Source of the DNA: Minisyncoccota bacterium
GTDB lineage: Bacteria; Patescibacteriota; Minisyncoccia; Phycocordibacterales; JABAAK01
Reading direction: 5' to 3'
DNA: 64,000 nucleotides
Assembly (NCBI GenBank): GCA_965204115.1
Contig: OZ241963.1
Coordinates: 10,632-74,631 of the forward strand
The position numbers and the translations under genes are program-made. Below, one piece after another: positions 47,941 to 56,893 of the stretch (its first letter is position 1; each line of letters begins with the position of its first letter). The notes under the pieces were generated by a model. It was not told the origin of the DNA. It was given only the letters and a program-made list of their open reading frames with translations, and ran no database searches.

Positions 47941-47983
47941 TATAGTGTAAGCGTGGTGGGGAAGGAAATGCCTATGCGTGCCT

Positions 47984-48418
47984 ATGGAGTTTTATTTAAC
48001 TATGGACAAGAAAAGGAGGTTTGCTATTCCGACAAAGTGTCGGAAGCTGCTCGGTGCCACGCTGGTTATCAGTCGTGGTCTTGATAAGTGTTTAAGTGTA
48101 TACGCGCATAAAGTTTGGGAAAGCGGCACCACCAAAGCACAGGCATTGAACCGACGACTTTCCATTAGCGCGAAGCATCGGAAGTTGTCGCGGTTCCTCA
48201 CAACCGTTGAGCAGATTGATGTTGACAGTTCCGGCAGAGTGTTGATACCGGAACACCTGGCGCAGTTCGCTGATCTGAAAGACACCATTGTGTTTGTTAA
48301 TACCGAAGAGGGGTTTCAGATTTGGAGTTCTCAGGAATGGGAGCGTGAAGGTATGCCGGACTTGCACGAGGCGCAGATGCTTGCTGAAGGTGAGGAGTTT
48401 CAAAAGCTGAGTGATTAG
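47984..48418 (+). CDS. mraZ: Transcriptional regulator MraZ
   Basis: MDKKRRFAIP…RGLDKCL…DSSGRVLIP. Confidence 0.9.
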   Translation: MEFYLTMDKKRRFAIPTKCRKLLGATLVISRGLDKCLSVYAHKVWESGTTKAQALNRRLSISAKHRKLSRFLTTVEQIDVDSSGRVLIPEHLAQFADLKDTIVFVNTEEGFQIWSSQEWEREGMPDLHEAQMLAEGEEFQKLSD

Positions 48419-48433
48419 GTGCTACTACTGCCT

Positions 48434-49330
48434 ATGGAAAAACATACACCCGTATTTGTGCAGGAAGTGCTTGAGCATCTGGCGATTGAGCCGAACAATG
48501 TTGTGTTGGACGGCACCCTTGGGCTCGGTGGACATGCGGCAGAACTGCTGCGTGCGATGTCGGGAGGTATTTTTGTGGGTATTGACGCGGATGGTGGGGC
48601 ACTTGAAGCGGCGCAACAGCGCCTCACACCGCTGCCGGACGACGTCACCGGACACTTTGTAGCGGGAAACTTCAGGGACATTGCGTCTATCACGGAAGAC
48701 CTTGCGTTGCCGGGCTATGATCGGGTACTCCTTGATCTGGGATGGGGCAGCCATCAGATCAAAAGCGGCAGAGGATTCTCTTTTATGGAAGATGAGCCGC
48801 TGGAGATGTGCTACGGCACCCGGCCGGATGCTTGTATTCTGTCGGCCTCTGATGTGGTAAATACTTTTGAGGAAACAAACCTCGCGGACATCATCAAAGG
48901 GTACGGCGGTGAGCGGTGGGCGGTGCGCATTGCGAAACATATTGTCGCGGCGCGTGAAACTTCGCCCATCACCACTACAAAACAGCTTGCGAGCATCGTG
49001 GCAGGGGCGATACCACGCCGTCTGCATCCGCGGAATATCCATGCGGCGACAAAAACTTTTCAGGCGATTCGGATAACCGTCAACGATGAGATTAACACCC
49101 TCAAACAGTTTCTTGCAGCGATACAGACACGCATGCACCCTGCCGGAAGAATTAGTATCATAGCATTTCATAGCGGGGAAGATCGGGTGGTGAAGTATGC
49201 GTTCAGAGCGTGGGAGCAGGACGGCTTCGGGAGACGATATATAAAAAAGGCGTGCAAACCGACAGAAGAGGAGTGCGCGCAAAACCCTCGCGCGCGAAGC
49301 GCGAAATTACGAACCTTTATTGTTACTTAA
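48434..49330 (+). CDS. rsmH: 16S rRNA m4C1402 methyltransferase
   Basis: HTPV…DGTLGLGGH…DLG…RGFSF…FQAIRITVNDE…NPRARSAKLR. Confidence 0.95.
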   Translation: MEKHTPVFVQEVLEHLAIEPNNVVLDGTLGLGGHAAELLRAMSGGIFVGIDADGGALEAAQQRLTPLPDDVTGHFVAGNFRDIASITEDLALPGYDRVLLDLGWGSHQIKSGRGFSFMEDEPLEMCYGTRPDACILSASDVVNTFEETNLADIIKGYGGERWAVRIAKHIVAARETSPITTTKQLASIVAGAIPRRLHPRNIHAATKTFQAIRITVNDEINTLKQFLAAIQTRMHPAGRISIIAFHSGEDRVVKYAFRAWEQDGFGRRYIKKACKPTEEECAQNPRARSAKLRTFIVT

Positions 49331-49337
49331 AAATTAT

Positions 49338-49628
49338 ATGAAAAAACCACAAAGAAAAACCTTACACCTTATCCGTGACGGCAGTGTCGGTATCATAGCC
49401 GTGCTCTGCATCAGCGCCATAGCGGCACATATGTATTTTGTATATATGAGTGGGCAATATGTGAACAGTGCGCGGCAAACCGAGGAAGATATCTACTTCG
49501 TCCGCAATGAAATTGTGCAAATAGCCACCACCGGTGTAGAGAGCGTGGATACGCACAGTGTCGCCGCCTCTCACCTCGTCGTTGCAGAGCCAACAACTGT
49601 TTCGGCTGCCGGATATGGGCATGAATGA
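49338..49628 (+). CDS. Small bitopic protein in the FtsL position
   Basis: Single TM and short coiled segment directly after rsmH. Confidence 0.5.
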   Translation: MKKPQRKTLHLIRDGSVGIIAVLCISAIAAHMYFVYMSGQYVNSARQTEEDIYFVRNEIVQIATTGVESVDTHSVAASHLVVAEPTTVSAAGYGHE

Positions 49629-49681
49629 GTTTTTATATAGGGGGTTATGTCAGTTTGGGGGTATGCTATACTATGAGTACT

Positions 49682-50206
49682 ATGTTAAAGATACGATTGC
49701 AACGCATTGGACGGCGGAATAATCCGTCGTATCGTGTGGTGGTAGTGGATTCCAGGTCGGCGGCGAAAAAGGGGAAGCCGGTTGAACTGCTCGGGACACA
49801 CGATGCGATACGAAAGACCACTGCGCTGGATGATGAGCGGGTCAAGTACTGGATTTCGCAGGGTGCACAGGTTTCAGACACGATGCACAACATTCTCATT
49901 AAGAATGGGGTGATAGAAGGGGTGAAGGTAAATGTATTGCCGAAAAAGAGTCCGGTTACAAAAGAGGAAGAATCAGGTGGTGCCGAAACAGCGGCCGGAG
50001 ACACAGCGCAGGCAGCTGATAGTGCGGCTCCGGATGCAGGAGATGCTGCGACTGAGACCCCGAGTGACGGAACAGGTACAGCGGATGCTCCTCAGGCAGA
50101 AGAAAAGCCGAACACTCCTGAAGCAAAAGATGCGGATGCCGAAAAGACCGAAGAAGAAAAGCCAGAGGCATCATCTCCACAAGACACTCCTTCTGCGGAA
50201 GGATGA
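49682..50206 (+). CDS. rpsP: 30S ribosomal protein S16 with an acidic C-terminal extension
   Basis: MLKIRLQRIGRRNNPSYRVVV…YWISQGAQVSDT. Confidence 0.95.
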   Translation: MLKIRLQRIGRRNNPSYRVVVVDSRSAAKKGKPVELLGTHDAIRKTTALDDERVKYWISQGAQVSDTMHNILIKNGVIEGVKVNVLPKKSPVTKEEESGGAETAAGDTAQAADSAAPDAGDAATETPSDGTGTADAPQAEEKPNTPEAKDADAEKTEEEKPEASSPQDTPSAEG

Positions 50207-50240
50207 AAAAGTTATTGTTTATTAAAAATAGAAAAGAAAT

Positions 50241-50507
50241 ATGACACAAGAAAAAGAAGAGGCACAGTTTCTCAAAGACATTATTCAGAGAATTGTTGAT
50301 AACCCTGATAAGGTGATGGTAGAGCAGGAAGTTGACAAGCAAGGCGTTAAGCTAACCCTAAGCGTTGATCCGAGTGATATGGGTAAGGTTATCGGCGCGC
50401 AGGGGCGTATGGCAACAGCGATTCGCACCGTTATGCACGCATACGGCGGTCAGCATGAGGCAAAGGTGAGCGTTATCATCGAAGAGCCGGAGAAGAACGA
50501 GATGTAG
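50241..50507 (+). CDS. khpA: KH-domain RNA-binding protein
   Basis: IVDNPD…DMGKVIG..GR.A.AIRT; position after rpsP. Confidence 0.9.
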   Translation: MTQEKEEAQFLKDIIQRIVDNPDKVMVEQEVDKQGVKLTLSVDPSDMGKVIGAQGRMATAIRTVMHAYGGQHEAKVSVIIEEPEKNEM

Positions 50508-50524
50508 TCCTGTTATTTATTAGT

Positions 50525-51163
50525 ATGCTAAAGGCACATATCATTACCTTGTTTCCGAAGGTATGTGAGCCGTACTTTGCGTGTTCCGTATTGGGAAGGG
50601 CAGTTGAGAAAGGGGTACTTGGGGTTGAGTACTACAATCCCATTGATACCGTGCCGACATTGAAGCGGGTGGATAGTCGCCAGTATGGCGGCGGACCGGG
50701 TATGGTTCTGAAAGCAGAGCCGTATCTTCGGTGCTTTGAAAAAACAAAGCAGCACCCGGGAACACAGAAGGCAATTTTTCTGACCCCGGGTGGGGAGATG
50801 TTTACCCAGGAAAAGGCGAAGGAATACGCGCAGTATGAGAACCTTGTCTTTTTCTGCGGACACTACGAGGGTATAGACGAGCGGGTTGCGGAGGCGACGG
50901 CAGCAGAGCGTATTGCAGTCGGTGCGTATACCGTGACCGGTGGTGAATTGCCCGCTATGAGTATCATTGACGCTGTCGCACGGGAAATACCCGGTGTTTT
51001 AGGTAATGATGCCTCCCGAGAAGACCGTCGAGTGGCGGGTAGCAAGGTATATACCCGTCCGGAAACATTGGAATATGACGGAAAGACCTATCGCGTACCG
51101 GAAGTACTCCTTTCGGGGCACCATAAAAACATAGATGCGTATCGAAGTGACGCGACACCTTGA
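50525..51163 (+). CDS. trmD: tRNA (guanine37-N1)-methyltransferase
   Basis: YGGGPGMVL, CGHYEGIDERV, TGGELPA, YTRP, VPEVLLSGHH. Confidence 0.96.
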   Translation: MLKAHIITLFPKVCEPYFACSVLGRAVEKGVLGVEYYNPIDTVPTLKRVDSRQYGGGPGMVLKAEPYLRCFEKTKQHPGTQKAIFLTPGGEMFTQEKAKEYAQYENLVFFCGHYEGIDERVAEATAAERIAVGAYTVTGGELPAMSIIDAVAREIPGVLGNDASREDRRVAGSKVYTRPETLEYDGKTYRVPEVLLSGHHKNIDAYRSDATP

Positions 51164-51251
51164 CAAATGATGCGTGGGATAGTACGGTTTAGTTTTGCAC
51201 ACTTCTTGCATAAGTGTGTTTTAGTGTGGTAGAATTACTATACCCACTGTG

Positions 51252-51476
51252 ATGATGCAAAGGAAACCCAACAAACAGGAAGAAGTGCACGGAAGTGTTG
51301 ATGAAACACTGCCGAACACGCTATTCCGCGTGACAGTGGAAGAAACAAATGAGCAAGTACTTGCTTATTTGGCAGGACGCATGCGCATGAACCGTATTAA
51401 GGTTCTTGTGGGTGACAGGGTATCGCTTGTGCTGGATCCACATGGTGGCAGGGCAAGGATAACAAAGCGTCTATAA
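51252..51476 (+). CDS. infA: Translation initiation factor IF-1
   Basis: ETLPNTLFRV…LAYLAGRMRMNRIKVLVGDRV. Confidence 0.95.
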   Translation: MMQRKPNKQEEVHGSVDETLPNTLFRVTVEETNEQVLAYLAGRMRMNRIKVLVGDRVSLVLDPHGGRARITKRL

Positions 51477-51503
51477 GCATACACAATCCTAACGACACAA
51501 GAT

Positions 51504-51689
51504 ATGAAGGTCAGAACCTCCATTAAAGAAAAAAATAAGGATGATCAGATTGTGCGCAGAAATGGTGTGTTGCGCCTCATAAACAAAAAAGATCCGCGTA
51601 GAAAAATGCGACAAAAGTCAAGCCCCAAGGGAAAGCGGCAGAAGCGGAGGAGACCGTCGGCGCACAGAAAGCTACGCAAACGACCATAA
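51504..51689 (+). CDS. rpmJ: 50S ribosomal protein L36, zinc-free type with a basic extension
   Basis: MKVRTSIK…IVRRNG…[12 protein letters not shown] between infA and rpsM. Confidence 0.88.
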   Translation: MKVRTSIKEKNKDDQIVRRNGVLRLINKKDPRRKMRQKSSPKGKRQKRRRPSAHRKLRKRP

Positions 51690-51700
51690 TCAACAACGCT

Positions 51701-52078
51701 ATGCGTATCGTCGGAGTAAATATACCAGAAAAAAAGCACTTGAGGATTGCCCTTACCGCCGTATATGGTATCGGCCAATCCCGCGCGGCGAGCATCCTCA
51801 AAGAACTCTCAATAGACCCCACGGCAACTGCCGGGGATTTAAGCGTAGATGAGGAATCTGCCGTGCGCAAAAAGGTAGAGACCTTTGCGGTGGAGGGTGA
51901 TTTGCGCCGGGGCACAGCGCAGGATATCAAGCGGCTGAAAGACATACAAACCTTGCGTGGGCATTTTCACAGTGTCGGGTTGCCGGTTCGTGGACAGCGA
52001 ACAAAAACAAACGCGCGAACGAGAAAGGGCCCGAAGAAGACGATGGGATCCGGACGAGTGAAGCTACAGAAGAAATAG
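51701..52078 (+). CDS. rpsM: 30S ribosomal protein S13
   Basis: MRIVGVNIP…YGIG…GLPVRGQRTKTNARTRKG. Confidence 0.97.
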   Translation: MRIVGVNIPEKKHLRIALTAVYGIGQSRAASILKELSIDPTATAGDLSVDEESAVRKKVETFAVEGDLRRGTAQDIKRLKDIQTLRGHFHSVGLPVRGQRTKTNARTRKGPKKTMGSGRVKLQKK

Positions 52079-52079
52079 T

Positions 52080-52517
52080 ATGGGAAAGAAGAGAACGGCA
52101 AATAAGGTGGAGCGGAACAGGGGCGACTCAGGGAAGAGATCGAGAGTTCTCTCCAAGATTCCGAAAAAGAAAATCGGCAAAGGCGTTGTTTTTGTGGAGG
52201 CGACTTTTAATAATACTAAAGTATTGTTCACTGAGCCGAATGGGAATGTGGTGATGTGGGTGACCAGCAGCACGCTCGGCTTCAGCAGCGCGAAAAAGGC
52301 GACACCCTATGCCGCGGCGAAAGTTGCGGAAGCAGTTGCCGAAAAGGCGAGTGCTATCGGGGTGAAGGATATAGATATTATTGTGAAAGGGGTCGGCAGC
52401 GGTCGGGAATCAGCGCTTCGCTCGTTTCTGAACAGAGGTTTTATCATACACTCTATTCGCGACAGAACGCCGGTGCCGCACAATGGGCCGCGCCGCAAAA
52501 AACCGAGACGCGTGTAA
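52080..52517 (+). CDS. rpsK: 30S ribosomal protein S11
   Basis: ATFNNT…TPYAA…G.GRESA…DRTPVPHNG.R. Confidence 0.97.
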   Translation: MGKKRTANKVERNRGDSGKRSRVLSKIPKKKIGKGVVFVEATFNNTKVLFTEPNGNVVMWVTSSTLGFSSAKKATPYAAAKVAEAVAEKASAIGVKDIDIIVKGVGSGRESALRSFLNRGFIIHSIRDRTPVPHNGPRRKKPRRV

Positions 52518-52532
52518 TCTCTCAAAGACACT

Positions 52533-53132
52533 ATGAAGAAAGTAAAAAAACATAAAATCAGCAGACGACTACAGGCACCGCTTTTTGAAAACTGTCAGAC
52601 GCAGAAGTTCGCACTGCGCGAGCAGCGGCGTGTTCCGAAGCGGCGCAGGGGGTCAGTTTCTGAATACGGGAAGCAGTTAGCTGAGAAGCAAAAAGTGCGT
52701 TTCCTGTACAGTATTTCTGAGAAGGTGTTAAAGAACTATGTGAAAAAAGCGGTTGCAAATCAGAAGACGCCGACCGAGGAAGCGTTTGCGGAGGTGCTGG
52801 AGCGGCGGTTGGATAATGTGGTGTATCAATGCAACCTCGCACCGACCAGGCGCATGGCGCGACAGCTGGTTTCACATGGTCACTTCACCATCAATGATCG
52901 AAAAATAACCATTCCATCATATCAGGTACGCGATACGGACACTGTTGGGATTCGGGAAGGCAGTTTGAAAACAAAGCTCTTTGAAGTGCTGCTTTCCGGA
53001 AACACAACGAAGCCGCGTGTCGGTTGGGTCTCGTGGAATGGTAAGTCGCGTCAAGGGACCATCACCGGAAAGCCGGCGCTCGGCGAGACCGTGTTTTCAA
53101 TTCCGGCGATCCTTGAATATTATTCCCGCTAA
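52533..53132 (+). CDS. rpsD: 30S ribosomal protein S4
   Basis: SEYGKQLAEKQK…LERRLDNVVY…ARQLVSHGH…EYYSR. Confidence 0.97.
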   Translation: MKKVKKHKISRRLQAPLFENCQTQKFALREQRRVPKRRRGSVSEYGKQLAEKQKVRFLYSISEKVLKNYVKKAVANQKTPTEEAFAEVLERRLDNVVYQCNLAPTRRMARQLVSHGHFTINDRKITIPSYQVRDTDTVGIREGSLKTKLFEVLLSGNTTKPRVGWVSWNGKSRQGTITGKPALGETVFSIPAILEYYSR

Positions 53133-53153
53133 ATTATACATAAACACTTTTCT

Positions 53154-54101
53154 ATGACAGAGTACATAAACATCGCTATTCCTTCCAAACCGGAGATCGT
53201 GAATGAAACAGACACGGAAGGCACCTATGAAATTTCCAGCTTATACCCCGGCTACGGAAACACACTCGGCAATGCGTTGCGGAGAATGTTGCTTTCTTCC
53301 ATACCCGGCGCGGCAATCACCACCATACGAATACAGGGCGTGCCGCATGAATTTTCAGCGTTGGACGGCGTCAAGGAGGATGCCTTGACGGTTATCGTCA
53401 ATATGAAGAACATCCGTATAAAAGCAAACACCGACGCTTTTCCGCAACAAATAACCCTTAAAAAGAAGGGGGCAGGGGTAATCACCGCCGGAGATTTTGA
53501 TGTGCCGTCACAGGTTGAAGTGGTGAATAAAGATCTCGTCATTGCGGAGATTACCGATGATAAAACCACGCTGCAGGTAGAGGCGGATATACAGCAAGGT
53601 ATCGGCTTTCGTCCGCGGGAAGATTTTTCTGAGGATTCAGAGGTCGGTTCAATCGTTGTGGATGCGATATTTTCCCCGGTGAAGCGATCGTCGTATGAAG
53701 TGGAAAACATGCGGGTCGGCGACCGGACTGATTTCAACCGACTCTCGTTGTTCATTGAGACCGACGGTACGGTTACTCCGCGGCAGGCGCTGGAAAAAGC
53801 GCTTCGCACGATGTTGGTGCAGTTTGAGGCGATGCTCGGTTTCCAGTCGGAAAATGACGATAAGATAAAAGAGATAGAAAAAGAGGCGAACGAAAACATG
53901 AAGGTGATAACCATCAGTGACCTTGGATTCAGTGCCGCTGTCGCAGGTGCTTTAGAGAAAAACAATATACAAACTGTTATGGATTTGCTGAAGAAGGGGA
54001 CAACCGGTATCCGTGAGATACCCGGCATTGGCGCGAAAGCGGTGGAGGAGATCACTGAGCGCCTTGAGGAGCGCGGGATCGTTCTGAAAGATGCGGAGTA
54101 A
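53154..54101 (+). CDS. rpoA: RNA polymerase alpha subunit
   Basis: GYGNTLGNALRR.LLSS…HEFS..DGVKED…DAIFSPV. Confidence 0.97.
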   Translation: MTEYINIAIPSKPEIVNETDTEGTYEISSLYPGYGNTLGNALRRMLLSSIPGAAITTIRIQGVPHEFSALDGVKEDALTVIVNMKNIRIKANTDAFPQQITLKKKGAGVITAGDFDVPSQVEVVNKDLVIAEITDDKTTLQVEADIQQGIGFRPREDFSEDSEVGSIVVDAIFSPVKRSSYEVENMRVGDRTDFNRLSLFIETDGTVTPRQALEKALRTMLVQFEAMLGFQSENDDKIKEIEKEANENMKVITISDLGFSAAVAGALEKNNIQTVMDLLKKGTTGIREIPGIGAKAVEEITERLEERGIVLKDAE

Positions 54102-54112
54102 AGTAAATATCT

Positions 54113-54466
54113 ATGGCATACCACAAGAGAGGGAGAAAATTCGGGCGAAAAAGGGATCAACGGAAGCAGTTGATGCGTTCTCTTGCGCGATCTGTTATAC
54201 TGCATATGCGGGTTCAGACCACAGAAGCGCGTGCGAAGAGTATTCGTCCGTACCTTGAGAAAATCGTTACGAAGGCGGCGGTTAATGACCTGCCGACCAG
54301 GCGGCTGTTACTCAGCCGTTTCAATAACGATGCAGCAGTGGTGAAGAAGCTGCTTGAAGATTTAGGACCGAAGTATAAAGATCGAAACGGCGGCTATACC
54401 CGCATCACTAAAGTTGAATCCCGTCCGGGTTCCGGACGAACGACGGCGGTGATTGAGTTTGTATAA
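54113..54466 (+). CDS. rplQ: 50S ribosomal protein L17
   Basis: TTEARAK…RNGGYTRITK…IEFV. Confidence 0.96.
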   Translation: MAYHKRGRKFGRKRDQRKQLMRSLARSVILHMRVQTTEARAKSIRPYLEKIVTKAAVNDLPTRRLLLSRFNNDAAVVKKLLEDLGPKYKDRNGGYTRITKVESRPGSGRTTAVIEFV

Positions 54467-54474
54467 AAAACACT

Positions 54475-54834
54475 ATGGAAAACACACAAGAAAAAATCAG
54501 CATCAATGCAGCAGGCAAACGGCTCGGTATACTTGCGTCTGAGGTCGCCAACCTGCTCAACGGCAAACATATGCCGGAGTATGCGCCGAATAAAGCGCCT
54601 AATCTTGTGGTGGAGGTTTCTAATGCTGCGCAAATGCAGATTACCGAGAAAAAGAAGATTGAGAAGATTTATGAGCGCTATACCGGCTACTTCGGCGGGC
54701 GAAAAGAGATGACCCTTGCGCAGCTTATTGAGCAGAAAGGGTATGGCGAAGCACTTCGCAAGGCGGTGTATGGCATGCTTCCCGGCAATCGTCTGCGAAA
54801 GGTAAAGATGAAAAAATTACAGATTAACGAATAA
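54475..54834 (+). CDS. rplM: 50S ribosomal protein L13 (short)
   Basis: LG.LAS.VA.LL.GKH…YTGY.GG…AVYGMLP.NRL. Confidence 0.93.
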   Translation: MENTQEKISINAAGKRLGILASEVANLLNGKHMPEYAPNKAPNLVVEVSNAAQMQITEKKKIEKIYERYTGYFGGRKEMTLAQLIEQKGYGEALRKAVYGMLPGNRLRKVKMKKLQINE

Positions 54835-54837
54835 TAT

Positions 54838-55251
54838 ATGTTAGACAACCAAATAGAACGAGGGGGGTATATAGAGACCGTCGGGCGGCGAAAGACCGCT
54901 GTGGCGCGCGTACGCGTTTCAAAACTAACAAAGGGGGTCGTGGTGAACGGCAAGCCGATAGCAGAGTACCTGCCGACACAAGAGCTGGTCAAAACGGCAT
55001 TGCAGCCATTCCACGAGAAGGAAGCGCACAAAGAGCTCCTCGGCGCTACGGTTATTGTTAAAGGAGGTGGCTCATCAGCGCAGGCAGAGGCGATTCGTCA
55101 TGCTCTCACCCGCGCTTTTGTTGCTCACGAACCTGAAGACCGCAAATTTTTCAAAGATTTAGGATTTCTCACCCGGGATCAACGAAAGAAAGAGCGAAAG
55201 AAGTTCGGTCTCAAGAAAGCGCGCCGTGCGCCACAGTGGAGCAAGCGGTAG
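54838..55251 (+). CDS. rpsI: 30S ribosomal protein S9
   Basis: GRRKTAVARV…ERKKFGLKKARRAPQWSKR. Confidence 0.97.
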   Translation: MLDNQIERGGYIETVGRRKTAVARVRVSKLTKGVVVNGKPIAEYLPTQELVKTALQPFHEKEAHKELLGATVIVKGGGSSAQAEAIRHALTRAFVAHEPEDRKFFKDLGFLTRDQRKKERKKFGLKKARRAPQWSKR

Positions 55252-55281
55252 TGGGAATGCTGTTTGGATTGCTGTAGGTAA

Positions 55282-55329
55282 TACAACAATACAGCCCCGA
55301 GGATTACTCCTTGGGGCTGTATTGTTGTA
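55282..55329. terminator. Long hairpin between convergent genes
   Basis: tacaacaatacagccccgagga-ttac-tccttggggctgtattgttgta. Confidence 0.75.
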
Positions 55330-55364
55330 CTGTAGTTATCGCGTTCAGATTAGTACCATCAGTG

Positions 55365-56474
55365 TTAGCTCCACTGGAAAAGTGTTTTGAAGAAATTAGC
55401 GACCTTCTTGAAAAAGTTGATTAAAAAGTTTTCGGATGTGCTTTTGTCATCGTCTTTCTCATTCTGATCGTTCTGGGTAATCTCTTCTGCGCTTTCTGAT
55501 GGTACACAATCTGTAGCTGTGATCTCACCGATTGCATTGGGTGCAATGTTGTTGATGAGGATCCTTGTCTGCGTGTCTGCTGTGCCGGTTACCGGAATAG
55601 TGTAAGCCGACTGAAGTCGCTGTAATGCTGCGAGTGTTCGCGGACCAAAAAACGAAGTTTCTTGTCCCGGTGAACCCGCGCCGGTTGTTGCGAGCATGAA
55701 ACCGTTTTGGTTAAGAAACCGTTGCAGGTTCTGAACCATCGGGCCACACACGCCATAACCGAAATCATCGGCAGATTCTTCTTTCAGTTCTGCAATCTGC
55801 TGATCTAACTCAGCAATCCGCTTCTGAAATTCAGCAATTTCTCGCAATGTCTTTTTCTGCTCCCTTGTAAGGTTAGCATTTTTGTTCGCGACAGCCACCT
55901 TGACAACACGAGTGTTGTCAGTAGGATGACTGGCGGAAACATACTCTACGCTCGGCGTAGTGTATGCTATAACGCTCTGCGCAATAGGAAAGCGCAACGC
56001 CGACTGAACAAGGAAAGTGTCTTCTGTAGGAAATGCCTCAATGTATGTCTCTGTTTCAGTGGCAGCAACTACCGTAGAGGTAGTCGCTGTTTTGTGAACA
56101 TCTACGGTGTTTTGAGGATGACCCGCGAAAACGCCTTCTATGCTCGGTGCGGTGTATGCAGCTCTCTGTCTAGTAGGAAAGCGTAACGCCGACCGGACAA
56201 GGAAAGTGTCTTCTGTAGGAAACTCCTCAATGTAGGTAGTTGTTTCAGAGGTGGTTGCTACCGTGGTGGTAGTTGTTGTCTCGTGGACAATTACGGTATT
56301 TTGAGGATGACCTGCGAAAATAGTATCCAAGCTCGGTGCGGTGTATGACGCACTCCGTGCGACCGGGAAAAGCAGTTCTGACTGTGCGAATGCTTTGCTT
56401 CCCAAGATTGGGGTAGCAACGCAAACAATCACCGCTACGATAACCAGTAACGAATTCTTTAATGCGTTACTCAT
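55365..56474 (-). CDS. Secreted peptidoglycan-binding domain protein with an internal duplication
   Basis: Signal peptide; VQNLQRFLN..GF…GSPGQETSFFGPRT. Confidence 0.82.
   Translation of the reverse strand: MSNALKNSLLVIVAVIVCVATPILGSKAFAQSELLFPVARSASYTAPSLDTIFAGHPQNTVIVHETTTTTTVATTSETTTYIEEFPTEDTFLVRSALRFPTRQRAAYTAPSIEGVFAGHPQNTVDVHKTATTSTVVAATETETYIEAFPTEDTFLVQSALRFPIAQSVIAYTTPSVEYVSASHPTDNTRVVKVAVANKNANLTREQKKTLREIAEFQKRIAELDQQIAELKEESADDFGYGVCGPMVQNLQRFLNQNGFMLATTGAGSPGQETSFFGPRTLAALQRLQSAYTIPVTGTADTQTRILINNIAPNAIGEITATDCVPSESAEEITQNDQNEKDDDKSTSENFLINFFKKVANFFKTLFQWS
55985..56345 (-). repeat. Intragenic tandem repeat, 189-bp (63-aa) period
   Basis: aggaaagcg…aaggaaagtgtcttctgtaggaaa at 55986 and 56175. 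Confidence 0.85.
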
Positions 56475-56704
56475 ATATCATAGTGTTTAGGTTAATAATT
56501 AAGAAAGACCTGTAAAAAGAGCGGTACAAGGGTCAGCAGAAAATGGTGTGTGTAGTACCTTTTCTGGGATAAACTACCTTTACTCTACCATATTTTACCC
56601 ATAAGTGCAAGTTGACAGAATGCTAAAATATGCTGTATTATCAAGAGATTTTAGCAAAATCAGCGTTTTGCTGAAAAACATCAATAGTAAGGTATATAAT
56701 AACA

Positions 56705-56733
56705 TTGACAAATCTGCAATTTTACTATATAGT
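56705..56733 (+). promoter_or_regulatory. Sigma70 promoter for the lipoprotein gene
   Basis: TTGACA, 17 bp spacer, TATAGT. Confidence 0.7.
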
Positions 56734-56893
56734 ATCAGTAATTATGGCGTGTGATTTGTACGGTCTTTTAAAATCAAGAGAAAACTACAAATCGCACTGC
56801 CAACAGATGTGTATAAGAAGAGAATTGAATTTCTGAAATCGGAAAAAAGGCCCGCCTTGGTAGGTTGGGCAAATTTTTAAAGGAGAATTGATC

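Noticed and set aside
48425-54205. Long antisense ORFs opposite rsmH (48425-49282) and rpoA (53252-54205)
   Set aside because: Shadows of conserved housekeeping genes
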